Shown here piece by piece: positions 20,453 to 30,677 of a stretch of DNA of 64,000 bases (position 1 is its first letter; each line of letters starts with the position of its first letter). This DNA comes from Alphaproteobacteria bacterium (GTDB lineage Bacteria > Pseudomonadota > Alphaproteobacteria > Micavibrionales > Micavibrionaceae). The stretch spans positions 207,276 through 271,275 of the forward strand of contig JAUIIA010000002.1 of NCBI GenBank assembly GCA_030432025.1, in the 5' to 3' direction. A model generated the notes under the pieces. It made no database searches. It saw only the letters and a program-made list of their open reading frames with translations, and was not told the DNA's origin. The position numbers and the translations under genes were made by a program.

Positions 20453-21145
20453 ATGAAGACTATCGGACTTCTGGGAGGGATGAGCTGGGTCTCATCCCTT
20501 TCTTATTATCAGTGGCTTAATGAACTGGCGCAGAATAAATACGGTGCACGCCACCCTCTGACTATCCTCATGAGCTCGGTAAACTGGGCTCTTATCCAAG
20601 AATACCAACGCAATGCGGAATGGGACAAAGCCGCTGCCTATCTGGCTGACGAAGCCAAAAAACTCGAAACCGCCGGTGCGGGCTTGATGCTGATCGGGAC
20701 CAATACAATGCATAAAGTCGCCGACGAGGTTCAAGCGGCACTCGACATCCCCCTGCTGCACATCGCCGACGCCACCGCCAAACGCATCAAAGACAAAGGC
20801 TTGAAATCCATAGGCCTGCTCGGCACCAAATACACAATGGAGCAGGACTTTTATAAAGGCCGCCTCGAAGACCAGGGCATCGAAGTCCACACCCCCGCCG
20901 GTGAAGATACGGACCGCGTCAATCAGGTTATCTTTGATGAATTATGCTGCAACATAGTGAACGACAATTCGCGCGAAGAATATATCCGCATCACACATGA
21001 TTTATTTGACAGAGGCGCCGAAGGCGTCATCTTGGGGTGTACCGAGATAACCATGCTGATCGGCCAAGATCATTTCGACAAACCCGTCTTCGACACGACA
21101 ATGATCCATGTCGAAGAGGCCTTCGCCGCAGCACAGGAGGATTAA
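20453..21145 (+). CDS. Aspartate/glutamate racemase family protein
   Basis: IGLLGGMSW N-terminus and the second catalytic Cys context ILGCTEI; 230 aa. Confidence 0.85.
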   Translation: MKTIGLLGGMSWVSSLSYYQWLNELAQNKYGARHPLTILMSSVNWALIQEYQRNAEWDKAAAYLADEAKKLETAGAGLMLIGTNTMHKVADEVQAALDIPLLHIADATAKRIKDKGLKSIGLLGTKYTMEQDFYKGRLEDQGIEVHTPAGEDTDRVNQVIFDELCCNIVNDNSREEYIRITHDLFDRGAEGVILGCTEITMLIGQDHFDKPVFDTTMIHVEEAFAAAQED

Positions 21146-21928
21146 ATGAAACTGGACATCTATCAGGCAGATGCCTTTACATCAAAGGTTTTCGGCGGCA
21201 ACCCAGCCGCCCTAGTGCCGCTGAAGGAATGGTTGCCGGACGAGACATTGCTCAACATCGCGATTGAAAACAACCTATCCGAAACCGCCTACACGGTGAA
21301 ACAGGATGATAAATATCACCTGCGCTGGTTCACACCGGGTGGCGAGGTACAGCTATGCGGGCATGCAACATTGGCCACCGCATTCATCATGTTTGAAGAG
21401 CTTGGTCATGACGACGACACGATTACATTCACCACCCTTTCCGGTGATCTTTTTGTGCACAAAACCGATACAGGCCTGATGATGGATTTCCCAGTCTGGG
21501 AACGCAAAAAAGTAGAAACACCAGAGGAAGTCATCCTCGCATTCGGCCGTGAACCGATTGCGTATTTCGAAGGCCACGATGACATGGCCGTGTTCGACGA
21601 CCCTACATTCATCCGCAGATTAAAGCCAAATCTGGAGGCTCTAAAGGCGTTATCAGCCCGCGGAGTGCTCGCCACCGCACAAGGTGATGAACATTACGAC
21701 TTTATTTCCCGTGCCTTCTTCCCGAAGCTCGGCATTAACGAAGACCCGGTAACCGGCTCGGCACACTGCATCCTCACGCCCTATTGGGCTGACCGTTTAG
21801 GCAAAAACAAATTGGTTGCGCATCAGGCCTCGGCCCGCGGCGGCAATATTTTATGTGAGCTTAAAGGCAACCGCGTCGAGATTACAGGCCAGGCCGCCAT
21901 GTATATGAAAGGCAAAATCTATGTCTAA
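21146..21928 (+). CDS. PhzF family isomerase
   Basis: IYQADAFTSKVFGGNPAA, SETAY, CGHATLA and GSAHC are motifs of the PhzF/DAP-epimerase-like fold; 260 aa. Confidence 0.85.
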   Translation: MKLDIYQADAFTSKVFGGNPAALVPLKEWLPDETLLNIAIENNLSETAYTVKQDDKYHLRWFTPGGEVQLCGHATLATAFIMFEELGHDDDTITFTTLSGDLFVHKTDTGLMMDFPVWERKKVETPEEVILAFGREPIAYFEGHDDMAVFDDPTFIRRLKPNLEALKALSARGVLATAQGDEHYDFISRAFFPKLGINEDPVTGSAHCILTPYWADRLGKNKLVAHQASARGGNILCELKGNRVEITGQAAMYMKGKIYV

Positions 21929-23510
21929 CGTCGATTGGTGGCGCGGGGCATGTATATACCAAATCTATCCCCGCTCCTTTTACGACAGCAGTGGCGATGG
22001 TATCGGTGACCTGAACGGCATCACCGACCATCTCGATTATGTTGCGGATTTAGGCGTTGACGGCATCTGGATCTCGCCCTTCTTTACCTCGCCGATGAAA
22101 GACTTCGGATATGATGTCGCCGACTATCGTGATGTCGACCCGATCTTCGGTACGTTGAACGACTTCAAGAAGTTGCTGCACAAAGCCCACGAGTTAAACC
22201 TGAAGATTATAATCGACCTCGTGCTCTCCCACACTTCCGACCAACACCCATGGTTTACTGAAAAACCCGAATACTATGTATGGGCCGACCCGAAACCCGA
22301 TATGTTCGGCGTGCTAACACCACCCAACAACTGGGTGTCCGTCTTCGGCGGACCTGCATGGACATGGGATGAAAAACGCGAGCAATTCTACCTGCACAAT
22401 TTCCTAAAAGAACAACCGGACCTCAACTTCCACAACCCCGATGTGCAGCAAGAAGCTCTCGATGTTGCACAATTCTGGCTGGATATGGGTGTAGACGGCT
22501 TCCGCCTCGACGTCGTAAACTTCTACGTCCACGATAAGGAACTACGAGACAACCCGCCGCGCGATGCCGACCTCGGCCCTGCTGTACAATTCGAAGGTGA
22601 CGACCCATATTCGCAGCAAAACCATATCTACGACAAGTCCCGCCCCGAAAACCTCGACTTCCTGCGCAAACTGCGCACACTCATGGATCAATATCCCGGC
22701 ACATTTACACTGGGCGAACTTGGTGACGACCACCCTTACGAACGCACAGTCGAATACACAGGCCAAGGCCTGCTCAACACCTGCTACAACACGCAACTCA
22801 TGAGCGGCAAACACAAAGACCTGACCACCGACCTGATCCGTGAACCCATCGAACATTTCCAAAGCCTGTCAGATAACAACTGGCCGAGTTGGGCGTTTTC
22901 CAATCACGATGTTGTGCGCACAGCATCACGCTGGCTGCCTGACAGCGACGGGTTCTCGCATAACCCTGACTGCTCGAAAATGCTCATTGCCCTGCTCGGC
23001 TGCCTGCGCGGTACGGTCTTCATGTATCAAGGCGAAGAACTCGGGCTACCCGAAGCCAAACTCAATTTTTACGACCTGCAAGACCCGTGGGGCAAACATC
23101 TATGGCCGGAATGGCAAGGGCGTGACGGTTGCCGCACACCGCTTTCATGGAACGGCAAAGAACCGGATGGCGCATGGCTGCCGATCGCCGAAGAGCACAA
23201 AGAAATGTGCATCGAACAGCAGACAAAAAACGATCAATCAGTTCTGAATTTTACACGTGAATTTTTAGCTTTCCGAAAGCAACAAACCGCGATCACGAAG
23301 GGTGCGATGTCTTTCCTCAGCGAGGATCAGGAAGTCCTTCAGTTCGAACGAGGACATGACGGAACAAATTTATTTTGCTGCTTTAACCTGACCGATAAAG
23401 CGCAGCATGTGCAAACATTCCTGCTCGGAAATCCTGAAGTTCTATTTTCGAATAATTTTGAAGGGGAAACGCTAGAAGCTTTTGGTTTTGCAATCATTCA
23501 GACGCATTAG
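21921..23510 (+). CDS. GH13 alpha-glucosidase / oligo-1,6-glucosidase
   Basis: WWRGACIYQIYPRSF, DLVLSHTS, GFRLDVV, GELGD and SNHD correspond to GH13 conserved regions I-IV; 529 aa. Confidence 0.9.
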   Translation: MSNVDWWRGACIYQIYPRSFYDSSGDGIGDLNGITDHLDYVADLGVDGIWISPFFTSPMKDFGYDVADYRDVDPIFGTLNDFKKLLHKAHELNLKIIIDLVLSHTSDQHPWFTEKPEYYVWADPKPDMFGVLTPPNNWVSVFGGPAWTWDEKREQFYLHNFLKEQPDLNFHNPDVQQEALDVAQFWLDMGVDGFRLDVVNFYVHDKELRDNPPRDADLGPAVQFEGDDPYSQQNHIYDKSRPENLDFLRKLRTLMDQYPGTFTLGELGDDHPYERTVEYTGQGLLNTCYNTQLMSGKHKDLTTDLIREPIEHFQSLSDNNWPSWAFSNHDVVRTASRWLPDSDGFSHNPDCSKMLIALLGCLRGTVFMYQGEELGLPEAKLNFYDLQDPWGKHLWPEWQGRDGCRTPLSWNGKEPDGAWLPIAEEHKEMCIEQQTKNDQSVLNFTREFLAFRKQQTAITKGAMSFLSEDQEVLQFERGHDGTNLFCCFNLTDKAQHVQTFLLGNPEVLFSNNFEGETLEAFGFAIIQTH

Positions 23511-24394
23511 GATTTTTTCGCGCCCTTTTTGCTGCCCTTTTTCGCCGCTTCTTTTTTAGGGGCATCTTTTTTCTTATCTTTGGCAGCATCATCGTCAGAG
23601 GCTTTATCTTCCGTGCCCTCTTCTGCAAGAGCTTCCTCTACGGTCAGTTCCTCGACCTCAGTCGCTTCTGCCTCGTCTTCCTCAAGCGATAGGCCTGAAT
23701 CTGCGCCATCCTCATCAAGCATAAGATTTGAATCCTCTGCCAGACCTTTTGCCTCCTCACGCTCAATCACGGCACTTTCGCCGGACTTCAACTCCAGCGT
23801 CTTCGCGGACTTGATCATCAACTCAATCAAACGGTCGAGATAATCAGGTGAGGTAAGCGGATCGGGCGTATCAATACGAAGCAACAAACGCTCGGCACGG
23901 AAAATCAAAATCATCCAGCTGTTCTTGATCCGCATCATACGAATAAGAGCGTCCAGACGCTCGGGTGTAAGGTAGGCTTTTAATGCGCGTCCATTATCAC
24001 CTGCGGCGATATATGAACGGTTCCAGTGTTCATGCTCCGGCTTAATTTCAACCTTAAAGCCCAGCTCTTTCACCAACGGGATCATCCCGCCACTGGCAAC
24101 AGCACCATCGATAGGAAGAGTGCTGTGCAAGCTCACTTCGATCGCAGTCAGCTTCCGGCTGGAGCGCGCATTCTCTATTATATGTTCACTGGTAAAAATA
24201 TCGATCTTGTAACCGTCAATACTGCCATCAACTTCGGGGCTATCCATCGTGGCCTTCTTGCGGTAACGCAGCTTATGCTTGGCGGCAAAGCCCTTCCATG
24301 TCTGTTTCTGCTTATGCAGCACGAACAGTGACCAGGCCAGAAAGCCCAGAAGCACAATCGAAACAACCACCCACAAAGCAAGCCAAACTGACAA
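23507..24394 (-). CDS. Hypothetical membrane-anchored protein with an acidic then Lys-rich tail (295 aa)
   Basis: N-terminal TM helix (WLALWVVVSIVLLGFLAWSLFVL) and C-terminal E/D-rich and K-rich low complexity. Confidence 0.55.
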   Translation of the reverse strand: MSVWLALWVVVSIVLLGFLAWSLFVLHKQKQTWKGFAAKHKLRYRKKATMDSPEVDGSIDGYKIDIFTSEHIIENARSSRKLTAIEVSLHSTLPIDGAVASGGMIPLVKELGFKVEIKPEHEHWNRSYIAAGDNGRALKAYLTPERLDALIRMMRIKNSWMILIFRAERLLLRIDTPDPLTSPDYLDRLIELMIKSAKTLELKSGESAVIEREEAKGLAEDSNLMLDEDGADSGLSLEEDEAEATEVEELTVEEALAEEGTEDKASDDDAAKDKKKDAPKKEAAKKGSKKGAKKS

Positions 24395-24637
24395 GAAAAA
24401 TCCCCGTAAATAAAGTTACTTACACTAGTTTAATCTCCTTCAGCGGATTTGACCAGTACACGCATAAAAATGTACACGTATTTGTATCGCTTGAAAAAAA
24501 GCCTTAAATGATAAAAAAGCACTCTTTAACTGTACAAAACACAAACAAAAGTCACCCAACTAACTTTTTTTACAATTTTGTTTGACTTTATGTTTTGCTG
24601 TCACGCAATATAGTAAAAACGTTTGGGAACAAATATT

Positions 24638-25306
24638 ATGCTTACAATCGAACAGTGCAGAGCTGCGCGCGGTCTTTTAGGATGGACGCAGCAAGATCTG
24701 GCGGACGCTTCCGGCCTGTCTAAAACCGCTATCAACAACTTTGAAAAAGGTCACTCGGACATCAAGGTCGAATCCTTGCGTGCAATCCGCGTCGCTTTTG
24801 AAAGGTCAGAGGTTGAGTTTGAAGGTGATGCAGGCTTACGCAAACGCTCGGAACAGACACGCCTCATAAAAGGCTCAAAAGCGCTCGGGATCATCTTGGA
24901 TGATATCCGTAACACCATGGCCAACCAGGAAAGTGAAATCCTGATCATGAACGCGGACACAACACTCTCCAGCAAAGTGACGTCACAAAAACTGTTCGAT
25001 CACATCCAGTTCCTGAAACAAAACAACATCCGCCAGCGTGTTTTGTGCGCCGATAACATCAAAAACATACTAAGCCCGGATGATGAATGCAGATGGTTGG
25101 GTGCAGAGGCCCAGCAGAACGCAAAACTGACATTCGTCTACGGCACCAAAGTCGCAATACAGCTATGGGAAGAATCCATGATCGTGTTGATCGACAGCCC
25201 GGATGCAGTAACCGCGGAGATCGCCAGATTCGAAAAGCTGTGGGCGGAAGCCAAATCCCCCGACGCGAACGACAACGCGAATTACTCGGAACAAAAAACG
25301 GCATAA
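24638..25306 (+). CDS. XRE-family HTH transcriptional regulator
   Basis: LTIEQCRAARGLLGWTQQDLADASGLSKTAINNFEKG is a Cro/C1-type HTH. The ORF opens at TTG 24623; the first ATG is at 24638. Confidence 0.75.
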   Translation: MLTIEQCRAARGLLGWTQQDLADASGLSKTAINNFEKGHSDIKVESLRAIRVAFERSEVEFEGDAGLRKRSEQTRLIKGSKALGIILDDIRNTMANQESEILIMNADTTLSSKVTSQKLFDHIQFLKQNNIRQRVLCADNIKNILSPDDECRWLGAEAQQNAKLTFVYGTKVAIQLWEESMIVLIDSPDAVTAEIARFEKLWAEAKSPDANDNANYSEQKTA

Positions 25307-25334
25307 AAAAACGGGCCCTTACGTCTAAGAGCCC
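25305..25334 (-). terminator. Rho-independent terminator between convergent genes
   Basis: Minus strand reads GGGCTCTTA-GACG-TAAGGGCCC (9-bp stem with one G-U pair) followed by G plus T7. Confidence 0.6.
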
Positions 25335-25380
25335 GCCTAAAAGCTGACCGGTTGGGTCAGGATTTTATGTTCACATCATA

Positions 25381-26022
25381 TCAATGGAAACTGACTTCTT
25401 CTTCACGTTCGCCGTGATAAGCGAAGTGCTGAAGGTTATTTGGCATGTTCAAGTGCAGCTCCTGACCAGACATCATTGGTGTCTGCAGTTGCTTGGACTG
25501 AATATTATCCGCCAGAGTGCTGACCTGTGACAGCAGGTCTTCCGCGTGTGCAACGAGTGCTTCGGCTTTACCTGTACTGATCAAGTCATTCTCAGCAGAC
25601 TTCTCGAGCTTCTCAGCCACGATTTCCTCATGCTTATCCGTAGTGTCAATTTTCTTTTCCAGCTTATGCAACGCATCGCTGAAGAAACCGGTTTGCTTGT
25701 CTACGACATTCACCTTTTTCTCAAGCTGCGACACTGTATCGCTGAAAATATTAGCCTGATCACCGACATTACTGACTTTCGCTTCCAGCTGTCCGATTGA
25801 TTGACTAAAGTTTTGTGTCTGCTCGTCCACAATCTCGACCTTTTGCTCAAGCTTGTGAATAGCATCACTGAAAAATCCGGTCTGGTTCTTAACGACTTCA
25901 AAGCCGTTACGTAACCGCTCAAACCCGGCACCTAATACTAAAGAAGTTCCCACCGCGGCCACGGCAGAGAACACGGCCATCATTAAAGAGACAGCCACAA
26001 TTGTTTCGACATCCATTGTCAT
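25381..26022 (-). CDS. Membrane-anchored coiled-coil repeat protein (213 aa)
   Basis: N-terminal TM helix followed by four tandem 21-residue repeats (QTGFFSDAIHKLEQKVEIVDE-like). Confidence 0.6.
   Translation of the reverse strand: MTMDVETIVAVSLMMAVFSAVAAVGTSLVLGAGFERLRNGFEVVKNQTGFFSDAIHKLEQKVEIVDEQTQNFSQSIGQLEAKVSNVGDQANIFSDTVSQLEKKVNVVDKQTGFFSDALHKLEKKIDTTDKHEEIVAEKLEKSAENDLISTGKAEALVAHAEDLLSQVSTLADNIQSKQLQTPMMSGQELHLNMPNNLQHFAYHGEREEEVSFH
25633..25884 (-). repeat. 4 x 63-nt (21-aa) in-frame tandem repeats within the CDS
   Basis: Residues 47-67, 68-88, 89-109 and 110-130 align as Q-x-x-x-F-S-[DQ]-x-[IVL]-x-[KQ]-L-E-x-K-[VI]-x-x-[VT]-[DG]-x. The DNA copies have diverged. Confidence 0.7.
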
Positions 26023-26229
26023 GAGAGTCCACCCTTTCTAATCTAGGATTGTTTTGTTGATGTTTTCTGTGTTCAACGCCATCAACTAATTTTAAATCTA
26101 CATGCTATCAGCACATATTTGGCATAGCCGTGAATCCATGCCCTACAATTATTATGTTAAATAACTTGGTTTAAAGCTTGGTTATTTTTGCAGACAATCA
26201 AAATCAAAATCGCATAAACTTTTAGCCAA

Positions 26230-26556
26230 ATGGATATAGAAAAACTGAAACAAACGCTGCTGCAGCGACAAAAAGAGCTGCAGGATCATAGCAAAAAATC
26301 GAAGGAAACCCGCGCCCCCGTGGAGTTAGACCAAACCCGCATGGGTCGCCTTTCGCGGCAAGACGCCCTGCTGCAACAATCCATGGCTGAGGCCACAGAG
26401 CGCAAAAGAGAAGCAGAATTAATTCGAATTAAGGCTGCACTGCAACGAATTGAAACCGATGATTTCGGTTTTTGCGCCCTATGTGATGAAGAAATTTCCC
26501 CGGCAAGAATGAACAACGACCCCGCGGTATCAACCTGCATCAAATGTGCTAAATAA
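26230..26556 (+). CDS. DksA/TraR family C4-type zinc-finger protein
   Basis: Coiled-coil N-terminus and a C-terminal CxxC-N17-CxxC (CALCDEEI...CIKC); 108 aa. Confidence 0.8.
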   Translation: MDIEKLKQTLLQRQKELQDHSKKSKETRAPVELDQTRMGRLSRQDALLQQSMAEATERKREAELIRIKAALQRIETDDFGFCALCDEEISPARMNNDPAVSTCIKCAK

Positions 26557-26613
26557 AAAATTATGAGCGCTCTGCTACTGCCCAACCCACAGCAATAGAG
26601 ATTGTGACCTTAT

Positions 26614-27132
26614 TTAGGCCCTAACGGGGTCCGCGCTATCCAACCCGGCAATGATGCAACGATTATGTGCCGCGACCTGATTTAGCCTATAAGGCAAACC
26701 GCTTCGGCGCGCCAATCCTTCGATGATACTGATCGTCTCGCCTGTAACCCCCATAACGGGAACAGGTTCACTTTCATTGGCGACCTTAGTTAACGCGGCA
26801 AATTCATAACCTGCATTAACTGCGAAATTATCAACGGTCTCCGCACGCGCCTCTTCGAAAAAGCGAATGACGTTTCTTAACGTATCCTCATCGCACGCAT
26901 TAATATAGACGACCTTCTCATAAGCCAGATCGGTTTCACCATCATGGTGATTAAACCCGCGAAGCCACAGGGCAGAACCACCCAGCTTCAGGTTCTCTCT
27001 AATATCCTTAAAGGTATCGATTTCCGCATTTTCCAAATCCGAGATTTGCGCGCAAGCAGGTCCGGCGAAAGGCAGCAATGCCGCCCCCACCAAAAGCTTA
27101 AGAGAATTTCGCTTATCAAGATCGATTGTCAT
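26614..27132 (-). CDS. Hypothetical secreted protein (172 aa)
   Basis: Signal-peptide-like N-terminus (LKLLVGAALLPFAGPACAQ); no family recognised. Confidence 0.5.
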   Translation of the reverse strand: MTIDLDKRNSLKLLVGAALLPFAGPACAQISDLENAEIDTFKDIRENLKLGGSALWLRGFNHHDGETDLAYEKVVYINACDEDTLRNVIRFFEEARAETVDNFAVNAGYEFAALTKVANESEPVPVMGVTGETISIIEGLARRSGLPYRLNQVAAHNRCIIAGLDSADPVRA

Positions 27133-27174
27133 AATGCGTGGTTATATACAAGCATTATGAAAAAATCAAATATT

Positions 27175-28047
27175 TTACGATGTCACTTTGAATTCCGTCC
27201 TGAACGGCGGCAATTGCGGCTTAGCACCCTCAACACCACCCAGCGCATACACACGTTCATAAAGCGCATCACATAACGCATCACGGCTACTATATTCAGG
27301 CAAAGAAGCATAAGGCAGCGGATCACCGAACCGAAGGCGCACCTGCCCGCCTATACGGGCCGCCGTCTCCCTGAAAAACAGAGACAAACGCAGCACCATT
27401 GAGAACACACTCGCCCACTGAAACAGCATGCTGTTTTGTCCCTCGATGAATACAGGCAGGATTGTCGGCTTTGCCTGCATTAACAAGCTGCCAAAGAATG
27501 GCTGCCACGCCCTATCCCACGCATGCAGATTGCCCCATTTTCCGATATCGGCCACACCACCCGCCGGGAATATAATCAAACAATGCCCGTCTTTTAGCCA
27601 TTGCCTCGCATCTTTGCGGCTTTGCAAATTCGTCTCGATAGCCTCCCGCGTACCGCTAAAATCAATCGGCAACATATATTGAGCAGCCTCATCAACGTGA
27701 CGCAGCACAGAGTTAATAAGGATTTTATGGTCGGGGCGTTTACGCGATATCAAATCACATAAGGCCACCCCGTCGATTATGCCGAACGGATGATTAGCCA
27801 CAACAATTAAAGGACCGCCCTCGGGAATAGCATCCAGCTTCTCCTGATCATAATCCAGATCAAGCCTCAACTTACGAACCGCCGCCCCCCAAAAAAACTC
27901 GTCACTGCTTGGTTCGTCCTGATACTCACGGTAAACCTGCCACAGCTTACCCTTACCTGTTACAGCCTCGATCGTGCGTACAATCGCGCGCACGTAAGCT
28001 GGTTGATCCTGATCGGCATATGAAAATGAATGTTTATCGAGTGTCAA
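27175..28047 (-). CDS. Lysophospholipid (PlsC-type) acyltransferase family protein
   Basis: HX4D-type motif VVANHPFGIIDG and a downstream FPAGG block; 290 aa. Confidence 0.75.
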   Translation of the reverse strand: MTLDKHSFSYADQDQPAYVRAIVRTIEAVTGKGKLWQVYREYQDEPSSDEFFWGAAVRKLRLDLDYDQEKLDAIPEGGPLIVVANHPFGIIDGVALCDLISRKRPDHKILINSVLRHVDEAAQYMLPIDFSGTREAIETNLQSRKDARQWLKDGHCLIIFPAGGVADIGKWGNLHAWDRAWQPFFGSLLMQAKPTILPVFIEGQNSMLFQWASVFSMVLRLSLFFRETAARIGGQVRLRFGDPLPYASLPEYSSRDALCDALYERVYALGGVEGAKPQLPPFRTEFKVTS

Positions 28048-28072
28048 AACTGAGGAGTAACCGGAAAACCTG

Positions 28073-28420
28073 TTACTTCATCTGCTTTTCGTGGAAGATC
28101 TCTTCCGCATCCTGCGCAACCGGCTCCGGTGGCTCCTCAACTACAGGCTCCTCGGCAGGTGGCTCGGGAATATCTTCAATAATCTGTTTTGTTTCCTGAA
28201 TCGGCTCAGGCTCAGTACGCGGCGCGACAGGCTGCAAAATAGGCTCTGTCTTTGGCGGCAACAATTTCGCCAGAACATAGGCATATCCTGTACCAGCTGT
28301 TCTTTGGTTACCGTATGGCATCATATTCTGTGTCGGTACAAGCTCATACCCCTCACCACAAGCGGCAAGAAGCATAGGGGAAGCCAATAAAAGGGCGCGG
28401 AACGTTTTCATCGCGGTCAT
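28073..28420 (-). CDS. Putative lipoprotein (115 aa)
   Basis: Lipobox LLAAC after a signal sequence; Pro/Glu-rich C-terminus. Confidence 0.6.
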   Translation of the reverse strand: MTAMKTFRALLLASPMLLAACGEGYELVPTQNMMPYGNQRTAGTGYAYVLAKLLPPKTEPILQPVAPRTEPEPIQETKQIIEDIPEPPAEEPVVEEPPEPVAQDAEEIFHEKQMK

Positions 28421-28557
28421 CCTCGTCGAAAATTGATATTGGGAAAGCAGTAAGACTGTGCGTTAACACATTCTTAATATACCCGCATTTGTGGAAAACT
28501 ACAATGACCTAATATTTATGAGAGATTCCGCTTTATTCACAGAATTACACACAAGTG

Positions 28558-29130
28558 CTATTTTTTCGCCCGATACAGGACAAAATCACCCAGCGGATGT
28601 CCTTTCGGCAAGGTCGGGTAATGGAAATCACCCTTCTCATCTCGCTTCATGCCAATTTTTTCCATCAGGTAAATCGTCCGGGTATTGTCATGCACTGTAA
28701 AGGCGACGATCTCCTTCAATCCGATCTCGTCAAAGCCATGGTTAAGCACAGCCTGCGCACCTTCGCTACCATATCCCTGCCCCCACATCTCATAATCCAG
28801 CCGCCACGCAATCTCTGTCGCGGGCTTCTTCGGTGATGTAAAATGTGCCTTGAACGGCACACGGTTCAAACCGATAAATCCGGCAAACTGCCCCGTGTCC
28901 TTCACCTCGACCGCATACAAGCCATAGCCGTGCTCTTGCAGGTGCTCTTGGAACTTGTCAACAAGGTGGTTGCTCTCCTTTTCATTCAGAGATCTGGGTA
29001 GATACTCCATCACCAAAGGGTCGGCATTCATACGCGCAAACGGCGCACGGTCCTCGTCCTTCCATTCACGAAAAATTAAGCGTTCAGTCGTAAGATAAGT
29101 AGTCATATTAGCAAAGGCTAAGCCTTTCAT
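28558..29130 (-). CDS. GNAT family N-acetyltransferase (RimJ/RimL-like)
   Basis: TERLIFREW N-terminus and the acetyl-CoA motif region WGQGYGSEGAQAVLNHGF; 190 aa. Confidence 0.85.
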   Translation of the reverse strand: MKGLAFANMTTYLTTERLIFREWKDEDRAPFARMNADPLVMEYLPRSLNEKESNHLVDKFQEHLQEHGYGLYAVEVKDTGQFAGFIGLNRVPFKAHFTSPKKPATEIAWRLDYEMWGQGYGSEGAQAVLNHGFDEIGLKEIVAFTVHDNTRTIYLMEKIGMKRDEKGDFHYPTLPKGHPLGDFVLYRAKK

Positions 29131-29274
29131 TCTGCGTTCACAAGCCCGAAATCTGAGTTGCCCCCAGTATAGAAATCAAAGCGGGGTCTAGGCATGCGCC
29201 AACTTGTGAACAGCTAATCGGACAATTCTTGCAGAAAGCATAGGAAAATGAGACCATTGAACTTGGAAAATTTT

Positions 29275-30021
29275 ATGACACCTTCTCTGACGCGCTTCGT
29301 CGTCGCACTCGCATTCACAGTTTCTTCTCCCGCTTTGGCCACGGATATGGGCAAGGCCGGTAAAATGCCGCCTGCAGAGCGCGGCGGCCTATACACTGCC
29401 GCATCCATGGACAAGAAGCAGCTGAAGGAAGTCCGCGAGGTTCTCGGCAAGATCAACACGGAGTTAAAAAACTCTGACTTGAAGGCAGATGAGGACATGG
29501 TCGTTGCATACGCCGATACTCAGGTCACCACGACCGAAGTCATTCAAACGGAAACAATCGTAGCGACGGAATCAGTCAACAACTACAGCGCTTATAAAAC
29601 TCTACAGCTCAGCTACGAAGGGGATGTCGAAATGCAATGCGGCGACCTTTCGAAAGAAGCGGGAACCATGCGCGACATCATCTACGCAACACAGGACGTA
29701 AAAGACAAAGCCAAAATGCGTAAAAACGGCATCAAGGCGGCGGGCGCAATCGGGTCATTCCTTGTCGGCTCTGTAACTGGCGGTGTCGGCTTGGCTGTCG
29801 GCGGCTTCCTGCTCGACCAAGGCGTCGACGAAACCCGTACAAACGCGGATGAGTTTCAGGACACGGCCGAACAACGCCGTACACTGATGATGGGAATTTA
29901 TAACGCGAAGGGATGCTACGGCCCGCTGGACCACGCCATGCAAAACCCGGATATTTTTGACCCGTTGGCAATCAAAATCACAACCGCGACCCAGCGCGAC
30001 GATTACGACCTGAACAAATAA
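29275..30021 (+). CDS. Hypothetical secreted protein with a C-terminal glycine-zipper segment
   Basis: Signal peptide (MTPSLTRFVVALAFTVSSPALA) and a Gly-zipper hydrophobic stretch GAIGSFLVGSVTGGVGLAVGGFLL. The ORF opens at 29248. Confidence 0.5.
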   Translation: MTPSLTRFVVALAFTVSSPALATDMGKAGKMPPAERGGLYTAASMDKKQLKEVREVLGKINTELKNSDLKADEDMVVAYADTQVTTTEVIQTETIVATESVNNYSAYKTLQLSYEGDVEMQCGDLSKEAGTMRDIIYATQDVKDKAKMRKNGIKAAGAIGSFLVGSVTGGVGLAVGGFLLDQGVDETRTNADEFQDTAEQRRTLMMGIYNAKGCYGPLDHAMQNPDIFDPLAIKITTATQRDDYDLNK

Positions 30022-30561
30022 TTACTTAATACGTTCATCGGACAATATCTTACCGTTGATTGCATCGACATAAATGCGATGCTCCTTCGACGATTGCTTC
30101 AAATCAAACACATAAGCCAAACGACGATTATGTACTGTCCTTAAACTTTCTTTCACACGGATCGGCAAAATTTTGCGCGTCTTATCCTTCATATGCGACA
30201 CAGCAATCGCTTCTAACATTTCGGGTGTCATCGTCTTGAACGGAATGACAGGATCCACGCCCAGGCGCTCAACCTCGATCTCGTATAGCTCTCCGCTGGT
30301 CGCATCGATCTCCACTTCAAAGATCGAGTCATCAGGACGGCGGATCAGATATTCGTAATAGACATCATCGCCCTGCTCTCTGAACATGCCACGGCCTATA
30401 ACCTCTCCGCTCATCACTTTCAAGGCATAGCCTTCCGCTTCATCCATGGTAAAGCGCCCCAGCTTGCCCGAACCGTGTTCCGGCAGCTCGTTCTCAGCTA
30501 CATCCTGTGCGTATGCAGGAACGGCCAGAAACGCCAAAGCTAAAAACGTCAAAATCCTCAT
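30022..30561 (-). CDS. PepSY domain-containing secreted protein
   Basis: Signal peptide and two PepSY-like units ending in ...EVEIDATSGELYEIE and ...RIYVDAINGKIL. Confidence 0.6.
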   Translation of the reverse strand: MRILTFLALAFLAVPAYAQDVAENELPEHGSGKLGRFTMDEAEGYALKVMSGEVIGRGMFREQGDDVYYEYLIRRPDDSIFEVEIDATSGELYEIEVERLGVDPVIPFKTMTPEMLEAIAVSHMKDKTRKILPIRVKESLRTVHNRRLAYVFDLKQSSKEHRIYVDAINGKILSDERIK

Positions 30562-30677
30562 ACAAAAAACTATAGATCAGCACAGTGATTTGTAAATGCA
30601 CATGAATGCCGACAACTTGCGTTTTTTCAAGACACATGCCACAGTCCTGTAACATTCCAATTTTCGGAGGAGAGACC

